Shown here: piece by piece, positions 10,769-22,714 of the stretch
Layout: each line of letters begins with the position of its first letter
How positions within the stretch are numbered: position 1 is the first letter of the stretch
NCBI RefSeq assembly: GCF_023055435.1
Contig: NW_025964235.1
Location: forward strand, 1,612,001 to 1,676,000
Reading direction: 5' to 3'
Length of the DNA stretch: 64,000 bases
Origin: Haliotis rufescens
Taxonomy: Eukaryota
Position numbers and translations under genes: made by a program
Notes under the pieces: generated by a model
Database searches by the model: none
Seen by the model: the letters and a program-made list of their open reading frames with translations, nothing else
Told to the model about the DNA's origin: nothing

Positions 10769-12229
10769 TCACTACCTGAGACTGCTGCTCTTTTAAAACA
10801 TCGAAATTACGATTTTTTTTTCACATAACTTCGATTATTCTCTCATTATTTCAAGTTTATTTTATAAAATTCGAAATTTCAACTTTTCTCCCCGTTACCT
10901 TTTTTCGCACTTCTTCGATTATTTTCTCGTAATTTCGATTGTCTTTCTCGTTATTTCAAGATTATTTTCAAACATCGAAATTATGATTTTTTCATCGTTA
11001 CTTTGATTATTTTCTGGAATTTTAGTGAGGAAAAACGCGTCATTTCGAGTTTTTGATAAACACTTGAAATAAGACAATCATAAAATGAACGAATAATTTA
11101 AATAACGAGAAATTTAGATGTAAAAATAAATAAAAAATATGCTGCCAAAGTCGCACCATTAATCTTTCGTACAACCGAGAATACTCTTTCAACGAAGATG
11201 TCAGTCAGCATGGTACGACTCTACGACCTGACTGAACCGTTCACGACGTTTTGGGATAGACATGTAGAGTAAATTTTAAAATTGTACGCATCAGTGACAA
11301 AACTGATTTCTGACTTTCTGATTTTGATACTTTGACTTGTACCGTACAATCCGGTGTTTCGTTGTGCCTTTGCTTGTGTTCGTGACGGGTGACGTACGCT
11401 CACCTTTTCCCGAACACCTCCCATGTTTATGACACAGTCGGAATCGTCCAATGGAAAGAGATGTCTTATGATTATGTAAAGGTTTTTGTCGTACAGATTT
11501 AGGATCGAGAGCTATAGAAGTGAGTGTTTTTGCTCTTTTTTTTGGAGAGACAGATATGCTATTGAGGAGAGCCAGATGATGGTTAGAATGAATGAGACAG
11601 TCTGCAGGATGTGACTCAAGGCTCATCGTGGGTATGTGGGTCAGCTGCTTCCGTCCTGGTTGCTGATGCTGAGGAAGCATTCATAGGACCCATGATCATC
11701 AATCGGTCAAGGTCATCTGTAGAGGGCTGCACCAAGCGACCCCTGATCACAGGTTGTTGAGAGGAACAATTTATTACAAGTACCTTGCCATAGAATCGAT
11801 ATTTCAAACATATATGATGAATATATATATATATACGTATATAATATCTAGGTTTAAATAGGTCTTCGGGAACCCATGCTTGTTTAAGGGGCGACTAACG
11901 GGATCGGGTGGTCAGGCTCGCTGACTTGGTTGATGCATGTCATCGTTTCCAAATCACTGATTTAAGTACCAAACAAACAAACACATAGTATTAACATAGC
12001 TATTCACTATACAACAATACCAACTTTTATGCGGAGCTGGTCGTACGGTATTTTCTTTGTCTTTCAAAGGGTCAACATTTTGTGTACAGATTTAAGCAAA
12101 CACATGTTGCTTCATGCGAAGATTTCTGTAATTTAGTGTAAGATAACTCTCTTCTCTTTCGACTTTGATTGGATAACAACCTTTTAATGTTGAAAGTCAT
12201 CAACAGACTGATGATCATGTGTGCCCTAC

Positions 12230-13695
12230 ACCATTTACATACTGTATTTACACTTTATTTACATACCTTATTTACATACCTTATTTACATAGTTTATTTA
12301 CATACCTTATTTACATAGTTTATTTACATACTTTATTTACATACCTTATTTACATACTGTATTTACACTTTATTTACATACCTTATTTACATACCTTATT
12401 TACATACCTTATTTACATACTGTATTTACATAGTTTATTTACATACCTTATTTACATACCTTATTTACATACCTTATTTACATACCTTATTTACATACCT
12501 TATTTACATACTGTATTTACACTTTATTTACATACCTTATTTACATACTGTATTTACACTTTATTTACATACCTTATTTACATACCTTATTTACATACCT
12601 TATTTACATACTGTATTTACATACCTTATTTACATACCTTATTTACATACCTTATTTACATAGTTTATTTACATACCTTATTTACATACCTTATTTACAT
12701 ACCTTATTTACATACTGTATTTACACTTTATTTACATACCTTATTTACATACCTTATTTACATACCTTATTTACATACTGTATTTACATACCTTATTTAC
12801 TTACCTTATTTACATACCTTATTTACATACCTTATTTACATACCTTATTTACATAGTTTATTTACATACCTTATTTACATACCTTATTTACATACCTTAT
12901 TTACACACCTTATTTACACACCTTATTTACATACCTTATTTACATAGTTTATTTACATAGTTTATTTACACACCTTATTTACATACCTTATTTACACACC
13001 TTATTTACACACCTTATTTACATACCTTATTTACATACCTTATTTACATACCTTATTTACATACCTTATTTACATAGTTTATTTACATACTTTATTTACA
13101 TACTGTATTTACACTTTATTTACATACGTTATTTACATACTGTATTTACATACTGTATTTACACTTTATTTACATACGTTATTTACATACTGTATTTACA
13201 TACTGTATTTACACTTTATTTACATACCTCATTTACATACCTTATTTACATACTGTATTTACACTTTATTTACATACCTTATTTACATACCTTATTTACA
13301 TACTGTATTTACACTTTATTTACATACCTTATTTACATACCTTATTTACATACTGTATTTACACTTTATTTACATACCTTATTTACATACCTTATTTACA
13401 TACTGTATTTACACTTTATTTACATACCTTATTTACATACCTTATTTACATACTGTATTTACACTTTATTTACATACCTTATTTACATACCTTATTTACA
13501 TAGTTTATTTACATACCTTATTTACATACCTTATTTACATAGTTTATTTACATACTTTATTTACATACTTTATTTACATACTTTATTTACATACTGTATT
13601 TACACTTTATTTACATACCTTATTTACATAGTTTATTTACACAGTTAATTTACATAGTTTATTTATATACTTTATTTACATAGTTTATTTACGCA
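12230..13695. repeat. 14-bp AT-rich minisatellite
   Basis: Unit tatttacatacctt with variants. The 12219-12947 ORF is a by-product of the repeat. Confidence 0.97.
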
Positions 13696-13870
13696 CCTAA
13701 GTTCATTTTCATGTGAAGGCATAGTAAATTTACACATACACACGGATGTATAGTTACACATGTGCTAGATTACTTTCGTGGTTAAATGTTGTACATGTGA
13801 ACGGGGTATTAGATATGCATACGTGATCAATAGTTGATACGTGTATATCTGCGTGTGCGTGCGTGCGTAA

Positions 13871-13901
<31 letters not shown>

Positions 13902-15021
13902 CGTGCGTGCGTGTCGTGCGTGCGTGTGTGTGCGTGTGTGCGTGTGCATTCTGATCAAATTATTGACTTGGCTTGACTTGACATGGGAATAGGGAGATAT
14001 AATATACAGAATCAGTAACAGTCACGTGACGGACCGTTGCGAGAACCTGGGGCTGTCGACACATATGGTCGTTATCAACACTGAGCCAGGGCGTGCAGTA
14101 CGCCCGTTCCGCTGTTTACTTGTAACCACTGCCATTTGAACAAAAGCATATTTACAGAAATTAGCAATGTTAACAAATGTACATGTAGTAGCTCGCAAGG
14201 CTCCGGTCGGGGCAGCAAACACAGAACAGGCTACACACCAATGCATAAACGGCTCATCCAATTTAATATGCTATGCATACTATAAACATTATTTATACTT
14301 GATATTTTACATTAATGTATCAAACAAGCTAAGCAGTAGTTACACTTACCCTTGTGGTTTTAAGCCAAATTACATCTAAAAATACTTAAGACGGTTACAT
14401 AAATACCGCCTCTACAAATTGCCATGATATAAACATAATATAAACACAATATACACAAAATATACACATAACTTACCACTGTGTGGCAATGAGCTGGCAA
14501 CTATGTTAGCGTTGGAAGATCACAGGCATCGTAACATCGATTGCCATATTCTTATAGAGATCCTGAACACAACAAACATATCATCCACTGATTTGAATGC
14601 AATCCACAGAACCACTGATTCCTTCAAGTGTAAGTGACCAACTAATTTAGCAAAGTCAGCTGAAAACAGAAGAAACCTTTTACTTACATAATACAGAAGC
14701 TGGGAAGGAAAACAAAGCAAGACGCTTGTGCTGTTGGTGACTGTATAGGTGAAAGTGGCTAGTGTTATGTAAGTAGTTATGTAAGTACTGGAGCTGGTCT
14801 AATTGTTGTTGTTTTTATACTGCTCAAGTAATCTAGCTTGAGACAGAAACAGGCTAAAACAGAAACAAGACAATTAAAAGACTTTACTAAAATATTTACA
14901 AAATAGCAATAAAATCAACTCGGCCACATACACATAAAAGATGCGTGTCTTTATCAGTGACGTGTCGAATACGTTATATATGTAAACAGTTGCTTCAGAC
15001 AATTCTACGCTGTCGCCTTCT

Positions 15022-15460
15022 TGACAGTCTGCCGTATGGTGGTGGGGGACCCAGTTTGTCCCCCGAGACAGTCTGCCGTATGGTGGTGGGGGACCCAGTT
15101 TGTCCCCCGAGACAGTCTGCCGTATGGTGGTGGGGGACCCAGTTTGTCTCCCGAGATGTTCTGTGGGTGGTGGGGGACCCAGTTTGTCTCCCGAGATGTT
15201 CTGTGGGTGGTGGGGGACCCAGTTTGTCTCCCGAGACAGTCTGCCGAATGGTGGTAGGGGACCCAGTTTGTCCCCCGAGATGTTCTGAGGGTGGTGGGGG
15301 ACCCAGTTTGTCTCCCGAGATGTTCTGTGGGTGGTAGGGGACCCAGTTTGTCTCCCGAGATGTTCTGAGGGTGGTGGGGGACCCAGTTTGTCCCCCAAGA
15401 TGTTCTGTGGGTGGTGGGGGACCCAGTTTGTCCCCCGAGATGTTCTGTGGGTGGTAGGTG
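15022..15460. repeat. 40-44 bp GC-rich minisatellite
   Basis: Core ggtggtgggggacccagtttgtcycccgaga, about 10 copies with two spacer types. Confidence 0.95.
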
Positions 15461-15752
15461 ACCGTGCAGACCCACTGTACAACACGTGGTGTCTCTGAGA
15501 TCTATGTTCACATGAAGAAGTTGGCACCCGGTAGATTGTGATCATGTATATCGGCACGTTGCGAAAAGTCCTCGGAGTGTTGAGATGTCGGCCAATCAAC
15601 AGCACAGCTCAATCGACGTGCTGCTTTGCGCGGTCAGAGCCTGTGTCTGCAGTGTGGACACACAAGAGATAGCACGACGTCGTTAATGGCGGTTGTTACT
15701 GATGATAATGTTGTTGAAGATTACACCGCATTCGGCTGGTTGTTGGGGAGGC

Positions 15753-15940
15753 TTAGCACACGAACCACCGTGCTAGAACCACACACGCCATATGAAGTGT
15801 GTAGGCAGTACTCTTGGCAAGTCCTGAACATGACTTAGATGACTGGGGTGTAACTGTGGCTGTGGACGGGGTGGCTGTTGACGGGGTGGCTGTTGACGGG
15901 GTGGCTGTTGACGGGGTGGCTGTTGACGGGGTGGTTGTCT
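15753..15940 (-). CDS. Novel secreted/surface protein exon 3: (TPSTA)n stalk and hydrophobic GPI-like tail
   Basis: tatgcttcag acceptor, phase 1. ETTTPSTATPSTATPSTATPSTATPSTATVTPQSSKSCSGLAKSTAYTLHMACVVLARWFVC-TAA. Confidence 0.75.
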
Positions 15941-15964
15941 CTGAAGCATAAAGTACACACTACA

Positions 15965-16664
15965 TTCTCATGACACACACACTCATTCACATACCTCGTC
16001 TCTCACTCACTCACACATCTCTCCTCTCACACACACTCTCTATTCACCTCATCTCTTTTACTAACTCACACATCTCTTCTCTCTCATAAACTCACTCCAT
16101 TCATTTCACTTCGTTCACTCACTCACTCATCCCTTCTCTCTCTAACACACTCTCTCTATTCATCTCATCTCGCTCACTCACTCACTCATCTCTTCTCTCT
16201 CACACATCTCTTCTCTCACACACTCTCCATTCATCTCATCTCGCTCACTCACTCACTCATCTCTTCTCTCACACACTCTCCATTCACCTCATCTCGCTCA
16301 CCCACTCATCTCTTCTTTCACACACTCTCCATTCATCTCATCTCGTTCACTCACTCACACATCTCTTCTCTCTCACACATATCTTCTCTTTTCTCTCACA
16401 CATCTCTTCTCTCTCAATCATCTCTTCTCTTATCTCTCACACATCCGTCTCCTCTCTTTTACTCACACATCTCTTCTTATCTGTTAATTTACTCACTTAC
16501 CCCGTCACTCACACATTCACTCACACACACATCTCATCTCTTTTACTCACTGACACATCTCATCTCATCCCCCTCACTCACACACAACTCATCTAATCTC
16601 ATTCACTCACTCACTCGATCACTCACCCGCTAATCTCACCTCACCTCACCTCACCTCACCTCAC
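15965..16664. repeat. CT/CA-rich low-complexity intron sequence ending in (TCACC)n
   Basis: Degenerate ctca/ctct repeats; the (gtgag)n run on the minus strand starts exactly at the exon 2 donor. Confidence 0.85.
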
Positions 16665-16970
16665 CTGGTGCAGTTTCTATTGTTGACATCGTTTCATTGT
16701 GACAACATCGCAGGCTCCATGTCCCAGCATCGATGGCTTGAAAGTTTAGAATGACAAAGGCTAAAGTTGTCTCATTGCTGGACATGCAGTCCATCACATA
16801 GCCATCCCGATTACGTAGGCAGTGGCTTTTGTTTGCACACGTAAATACTATTTTCCCATCAGGCCCAATCAGGTTCGTTTCTGTTGCACCACAGTCACAC
16901 AAAGCTCTGATGTAGGAAGCCGCGCCCTGCGCCACCGTCTCCTCCGTCTGTAGTTTTATATCAGCTGCAA
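16665..16970 (-). CDS. Novel secreted/surface protein exon 2: Cys-rich Ig-like domain
   Basis: ttttccctctcag acceptor, gtgag donor, symmetric phase 1-1, 306 nt, stop-free. (V)AADIKLQTEETVAQGAASYIRALCDC...LAFVILNFQAIDAGTWSLRCCHNETMSTIETAP contains a D-x-G-x-W F-strand-like motif. Confidence 0.78.
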
Positions 16971-17089
16971 CTGAGAGGGAAAATACTTGTAATCGCTTAG
17001 AATTGTGTGTGTGTGTGTGTGTGCGCGCGTGCGCGCGTGCGCGCGTGCGCGCGTGTGAGTGCGAGAGAGCGAGAGAGTGCGATAGAGAG

Positions 17090-17142
<53 letters not shown>

Positions 17143-18129
17143 TCTGAAATGAACACATTTTACAGAAAGTGAGTGAGTTGGGTTTAACGCCGCTTTTAAC
17201 AGTGTTCAAGTTATATCGCGGCGTGTCAGATTAATGTGGGAGGAAAGGCCGAAGTGATGCAGGTCTCAGACGTTTACCACTTCAGTGTAACCCACGAGGT
17301 GGGGAGAATGGCGTTACAGGTGTGTTTTAATTGAGTTTCGGCGTCGTCACGTGACATTTTTCAATATCGCCTTGGTCTTAGTCAAGCTCGCAATTTTGCG
17401 ACAAGTAGAAGAGAAGAAGAGTCAGAGAGTCGGAGATCCGGGGTAGCATCGTTCCTTAGCAGCCTAAAAAGGCGACTAGTCGTAAGTGGCGTGGGGCATG
17501 CAGCCATGCTCCGTGTGTCGTGTTTTACAGTGGAATCTCATTTACCCCGGTCACTGCCTCGCGTGGTTTTCCTGTGACTATTTCGTGATTCTGTTTAAAG
17601 CGACACGTACGTGGTTTGCGGGTTCAAGTATGTGCTTGTTTCTGTTTCAATTTAGAGTCGATATTCGACTTTCTCTTGTCAGCAGTTCTATATTACATAT
17701 GTATATGTTACAGGAAATATGTATAATCAGGGAATATGTGTACAGTACAGTACAGTAGGGTACAGTACAGTACAGAATTACCTCACATTTTCAAGATGGA
17801 GTTAGAGGAGAATTTCCGAAAAAACCTGTACAAGAGCTATTGTTTGTTAAGTCTATCCTATGTTTAATGTAGCATTGTTTTGATTACAGTGAAGACTAAG
17901 TGTTAAGTTGATTGAAAGGTAATTGTTATCATGTCAAATAAATTTGTCTTCTGATAAATAATTTGGCTTTGTTATCAAGTTTGATTATATAAGAGCCTCA
18001 AAAGTAATATCAGGGAATATGTATAATACCTGAAAATTTTAGGGATTATGTATAATCCCTAAGTGAAACAAACATTAAATATATATCCTCTTAAAATTTC
18101 AGGGATTATACATATTCCCTGATTATACG

Positions 18130-18435
18130 TTGTTGTTGTTGTTGCATTAGGTGTTTAAGAGGTCGCCTTCTGCCTAGGCAATTTCGGCTGACCTGTCCCT
18201 CTTTGGGACTCCTGTGTGTGAGTAGGGTTGCATGTCTATGACAGATGTCTATGACAGATAGCGTATCTAAATGCAATTCTTGTTTTAACCTAGCCCGGGC
18301 TGGGGCATTGTCTTGACATTCTAGTAACACGTGATCAATGGTTTCAGCCTGATTGCAAGTTGAACAAACCTTGTCATAGTGCTTTTTGTGACCGAGTCTG
18401 AGGCGTGAGATAGCAATTTCAATTTTCCTTTCATT
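18130..18435 (-). mobile_element. 3' end of an I/Jockey-group-like LINE with (CAA)n tail; second copy at about 31340-31545
   Basis: IAISRLRLGH...CSTCNQAETIDHVLLEC zinc-knuckle C-terminus; homologous sequence at 31380-31540. Confidence 0.75.
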
Positions 18436-18612
18436 TGAGTATGAGTTTGGCTTTTGTCCTGATATATATACGTGACCCCATTGGGAAACCATACCGTGTG
18501 TTTTAGATATATGAAAGCTCTTGGAAATGTGCATTTAACGGTATCATAAGAAGTAATCAAAAACTACCAAACGAATGACCTAATAGCCATTTAAACGCGC
18601 TGTCCTACTTAC

Positions 18613-18667
18613 CCCCGACTATCATCACCAGGCCCAGCACATAGAGGGAACAGGAGATTATTGCCAT
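18613..18667 (-). CDS. Novel secreted/surface protein exon 1: signal peptide
   Basis: gcagcATGG start; MAIISCSLYVLGLVMIVG plus one base, gtaagt donor (phase 1), joining exon 2 in frame as ...IVGVAA-DIK. Confidence 0.78.
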
Positions 18668-18738
18668 GCTGCAAGTATCGTGGTTATCGTGAAATCTGTT
18701 CTCTGAGGCACAAATGTTTAACGAGAGATACAACACAC

Positions 18739-18954
18739 GGGAAACTTCCAATAATAGATGATACGTCATGTGTGAAAATCCGGGTTTTTCCATGTATTTT
18801 TAGCCACACGTATCAGTGGGTGTGAAATTGCAGTCGTGTGTCCTCGTTTGGTGTTGACATTAAATACTGTAGGTACCCTCGCCGGCTACAAACCTCTTAA
18901 TGTACGGTCTTAGGTCTTCAAATTTGAAGAGAGATAAAATATCCGGGATTTTCC
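18739..18954. promoter_or_regulatory. Cluster of kB (Rel/NF-kB)-like sites upstream of the Ig-like gene
   Basis: GGGAAACTTCC at 18739-18749, GGGTTTTTCC at 18782-18791 and GGGATTTTCC at 18945-18954. The last two lie in a duplicated segment. Confidence 0.45.
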
Positions 18955-19086
18955 ATGTATTTTTAGCCACACGTGTCAGTGGGTGTGAAATTGCAGTCGT
19001 GTGTCCTCGTTTGGTGTTGACATTAAATACTGTAGGTACCCTCGCCGGCTACAAACCTCTTAATGTACGGTCTTAGGTCTTCAAAT
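18778..19086. repeat. Tandem duplication, period 163 bp
   Basis: About 146-bp near-identical copies starting at about 18778 and 18941. Confidence 0.93.
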
Positions 19087-19139
19087 TACCTCTTCAAAAA
19101 CAATAAATGTCCTTTATCCCCCATACCCACTCCCAATTC

Positions 19140-19300
19140 AGAGTGAGTGAATGAGTTTGTTTTTACGCCGCTTTTAAAAATATCACGGCGGGGAACACCA
19201 GAAAGGGGCTTCACATATTGTACCCACGTGGGGAATCTAACCCGGATCTTCTGCGTGACGAGCGAACGCTTTAACCACTTGGCTACCCGACCGGCCCCCA
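19140..19300 (-). mobile_element. Short tRNA-derived SINE family C (second copy at about 37757-37912)
   Basis: Minus-strand head gggtagccaagtggttaaagcg...ccgggttagattccc with A/B-box-like motifs and a ctca tail. Confidence 0.8.
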
Positions 19301-19367
19301 TTCAGAGACAACGTGATCAGTCTCGTGAGTAGTTCAATGGTGCGAATAATGGCAACTGGCAATTACG

Positions 19368-19520
19368 TTTGTTTGTTTGTTTGTTGTTTAACGCCGCACT
19401 CAGCAATATTCCAACTAAATGACGGCGGTCTGAAAATAATCGACTGGACCAGTTAAACCAGTGATTGACATCGTGAGCATCGACCCACGCAATTGGGATA
19501 CGATGACATGCATCAACCAT
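19368..19520 (-). mobile_element. SINE family A, 3' half
   Basis: Reverse complement of the family A 3' end with a (caaa)n tail. Confidence 0.85.
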
Positions 19521-20454
19521 GTTTTTCCTCAATCTTGTCAGTCACATTGGTGTTAAAAGGGACAGAAAATTATGAGATTATGTCCCACATCCCTGGCGCG
19601 TTTGCGAAAACTGTGGAATGCCTTGTTTTCATCACGAGTCTTGACATGCTTCATCATGGATCATCAGACAAATAAATGTGTGCAAAAGTGCACAACACAA
19701 TTCTATCACGAAGAGCCTCCACATTAATCAAACCACGCCTCCCATTATGACTAGTAAACATAAGCGATTGAGGGAAGACCGAGGGTGGTGGGATCTATTG
19801 TCTGACATGATTCTTCGTGTAAGGGTGTCAATACCCCTGAATTTCTTGTTTCGTCCAATCAACGATTATTATTAATCGACTCGATTATTTACAGACCGCA
19901 TTGGCCGTCACATAGCTGGAATAGTGCTGAGTGCGGCGTTAAACAACAAACAACCAACCAACTATGAGACGGTGGGCACGATGAAGCTGCTTCATTGGAA
20001 ACCTTCACAACAGCGGAACAAAATAGTCAAGGAGGAGGTTACTGGTTGATGCAGCTTGAGAAGATGTGCAGACGAGCAGTCGACTCCAGCTTGCAGATCG
20101 TTAGACAACTCAGGAAAGCCTGCACAAGGTTGCACAGGGCTTGCAGCACTATGAAAAGCCATACAATGATATACAAGGCGCTATATACAAGGCTATACAA
20201 GGTGGGGGTGGTGTCCGCTACAGAGACAGGTGAATCAGACCACGCACCCGGTACTCGTGTGTTTGTTGATGAACAGAGATCACGTCACAACCAGGGACCT
20301 ACGGGTTTGGAATGTTGTAGGTAGGTCGAGGTGATCCCTGCCAGACAAGAACTTATTACGTGTCTAGTGTATAATGTTGTCAAACTTATAGATTATAAGT
20401 GTATCAGAGTACGCTTAGAGTAGTATTTCTTATATAATCCAGTGTGAGAGACTG

Positions 20455-21282
20455 AATTTTCTGAAGCTGAAAAAAGTGACATTTTTATTGCAGTGAGCAA
20501 AACACTTGAAATTTCACTGCAGTGAACATAACACTTGAATTTTCACTGCAGTGAACATAACACTTGAATTTTCACTGCAGTGAACATAACACTTGAATTT
20601 TCACTGCAGTGAACATAACACTTGTATTTTCACTGCAGTGAACATAACACTTTGACGGAACTTGTCATACCGCTTCTCAAATTGTCTCCCTTTACCATAA
20701 GTGTCAAGTCCCAACACAAACGTCCTTTTTACGTTAGTTTCAAATTGACAAGGCAAATAATGACAGATGGTCATTTATGGGGTTAATACCATTTGTTATT
20801 CTCTTGAAAATGTTTCGTTATAAACTGTAAATTTCTCATTTAACTTGTCAATCGAGAATGTTCGTTTCGCAAAGTGCCTTTTTTTGTGACTTGACCAGCG
20901 TGTATTCCTCCGCTTCTAACATAGGGCTCGTAGCTTTCAAGAATATTTTTTTGAAGTTGATTTTGCATATAAACATATCCAAATGTATGATAAAGAATTT
21001 TCGTGACCCTTAAATATTTTTTGAAACTTTTGTTTATATCGAAACAACTTTTTAAGTCTCCATTACAAGAGATGGTGAAACGTCCCTGCGTGTTAGGTAG
21101 GGAGAATTTACGTTTCAAGGTTTTACATTTGTAAGGAAAAAAAGGAAATTCCGGTTGAAACCTACACAAAAAGTATATAATAAATAAGTTATCCCATGTG
21201 TCTCGTGAAATATCATGTTTCTCTCATCTCGTGACGGGGGAAAGGAGATATTTCACTCGACACATGAAATATCCTCTATACA
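20455..21282. mobile_element. Putative non-autonomous element with a terminal hairpin and internal 29-bp palindromic repeats
   Basis: catgtgtctcgtgaaatatc / gatatttcactcgacacatg inverted pair at about 21195-21266; about five copies of aacataacacttgaattttcactgcagtg at 20500-20650. Confidence 0.45.
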
Positions 21283-21414
21283 GTAATGCAGTAAGTCAAT
21301 ACAAACACAATCAGACAAGCAGAATGACATGTCAGGCTTAACCTATATAACGTAACGTACCGTCCCATTGTGGTACACGGGGAATATTAGCAAAACACAT
21401 GACTTCATGAATGT

Positions 21415-21637
21415 GTATATAAAGATAGCCTACAGAGTGTTCACTGTAATAAGATCACTGGTAATCTATATCTGAAGCTTTCACGTAAAGCTACGCGTAC
21501 GTGTACCATATCACGGCAGGGTGGCACGATATATAGATTATCTCTTTATATAGTTGTCCTATCAGTTGATTATATCATTTCGATCCCAACCGCACGTGGA
21601 CAGATCCCCAGTCCGGTGTCTGACAGCCACATTGCAG
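21415..21637 (+). promoter_or_regulatory. Candidate TATA box and non-coding first exon of CARD gene 1
   Basis: TATATAAA at 21416, CAG/gtaaat donor at 21638, and an AG acceptor just before the CARD1 ATG (taag at 22696-22699). Confidence 0.4.
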
Positions 21638-21894
21638 GTAAATATTCTTCTGTCTACAAACTTGTCTCCAAATTGGTGTGCTCTTGACAGTTTTCTTGTA
21701 TTAATTTAGTTCCGTGAATAGGTAATCCTTTAAACACTGGATGTCAGACACTAAATACTTTGTTAGACAGTCACAGTCTGCATTCTAAGAGTTATACAAT
21801 ATTTCACCTTGTCGTTAAACAAAACATATATCCTTGAAGGATAAAAAAAGTTAGTATTTACTCGTCTTACTGAGTACCCCATACCCTTATCAAC

Positions 21895-22527
21895 GTCGTA
21901 CCAAGTACCCGCATAAAGTTTACCTCCCGCACCAAGTACCCGCATAAACTTTACCCCCCGCACCAACTTCCCGCATAAATTTTACCTCCCTTACCCTCTA
22001 CCCGCATCAACTTTACATCCCGCACCCTCTACCCGCATCAACTTTACCTCCCGCACCCAGTACCCGCACCCAGTACCCGCATAAACTTTACCTCCCGCAC
22101 TAAGTACCCACATAAACTTTACCTCCCTTACCCTCTACCCGCATAAACTTTACCTCCCGCACTAAGTACCCTCATAAATTACACCCCTCGCACCCTGCAC
22201 CCGCATAAACTGTACCTCCCGCCACCAATACCCGCATACATTTTACCTCCCGCATCCTCTACCCGCATAAACTTTACCTAGCTTACCCTCTACCCGCATA
22301 AACTTTACCTCCCGCACCAAGTACCCTCATAAATTACACCCCTCGCACCCTGCACCCGCATAAACTGTACCTCCCGCCACCAATACCCGCATACATTTTA
22401 CCTCCCGCATCCTCTACCCGCATAAACTTTACCTAGCTTACCCTCTACCCGCATAAACTTTACCTCCCGCACCCAGGACTCGCATACATATTATCTCCCT
22501 TACCCTCTACCCGCATAAACTGTACCC
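21895..22527. repeat. 31-bp minisatellite
   Basis: Unit tacccgcataaactttacctcccgcaccaag and variants, about 20 copies. Confidence 0.95.
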
Positions 22528-22714
22528 CCCCCCCCCCCCCTCAACCACTGAGTGTACATACAGTAGCGACCCACATGTTAAATCAGTAAAGTTGTACATC
22601 AGTATATGTTACGGGTAGGTTAGTTCCATCTTTTCCTACACATTTGTTTAATGTATGCGTGCTATCAAGTTTTTGTCAAGTTTTATTTTCATTAATAAGG
22701 TAAACGGAGACACC

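Noticed and set aside
12219-12947. 242-aa Tyr/Leu/Ile-rich ORF
   Set aside because: Translation of a 14-bp minisatellite.
15022-15460. CRISPR-like look (constant core with short variable spacers)
   Set aside because: Eukaryotic context, spacers are only two recurring variants, and there are no cas genes; it is an ordinary minisatellite.
22655-22714. Upstream ATG extension of CARD gene 1 in the ORF track
   Set aside because: It lies in a T-rich acceptor region. The paralogue starts at the equivalent caccATGG, so 22715 is preferred.
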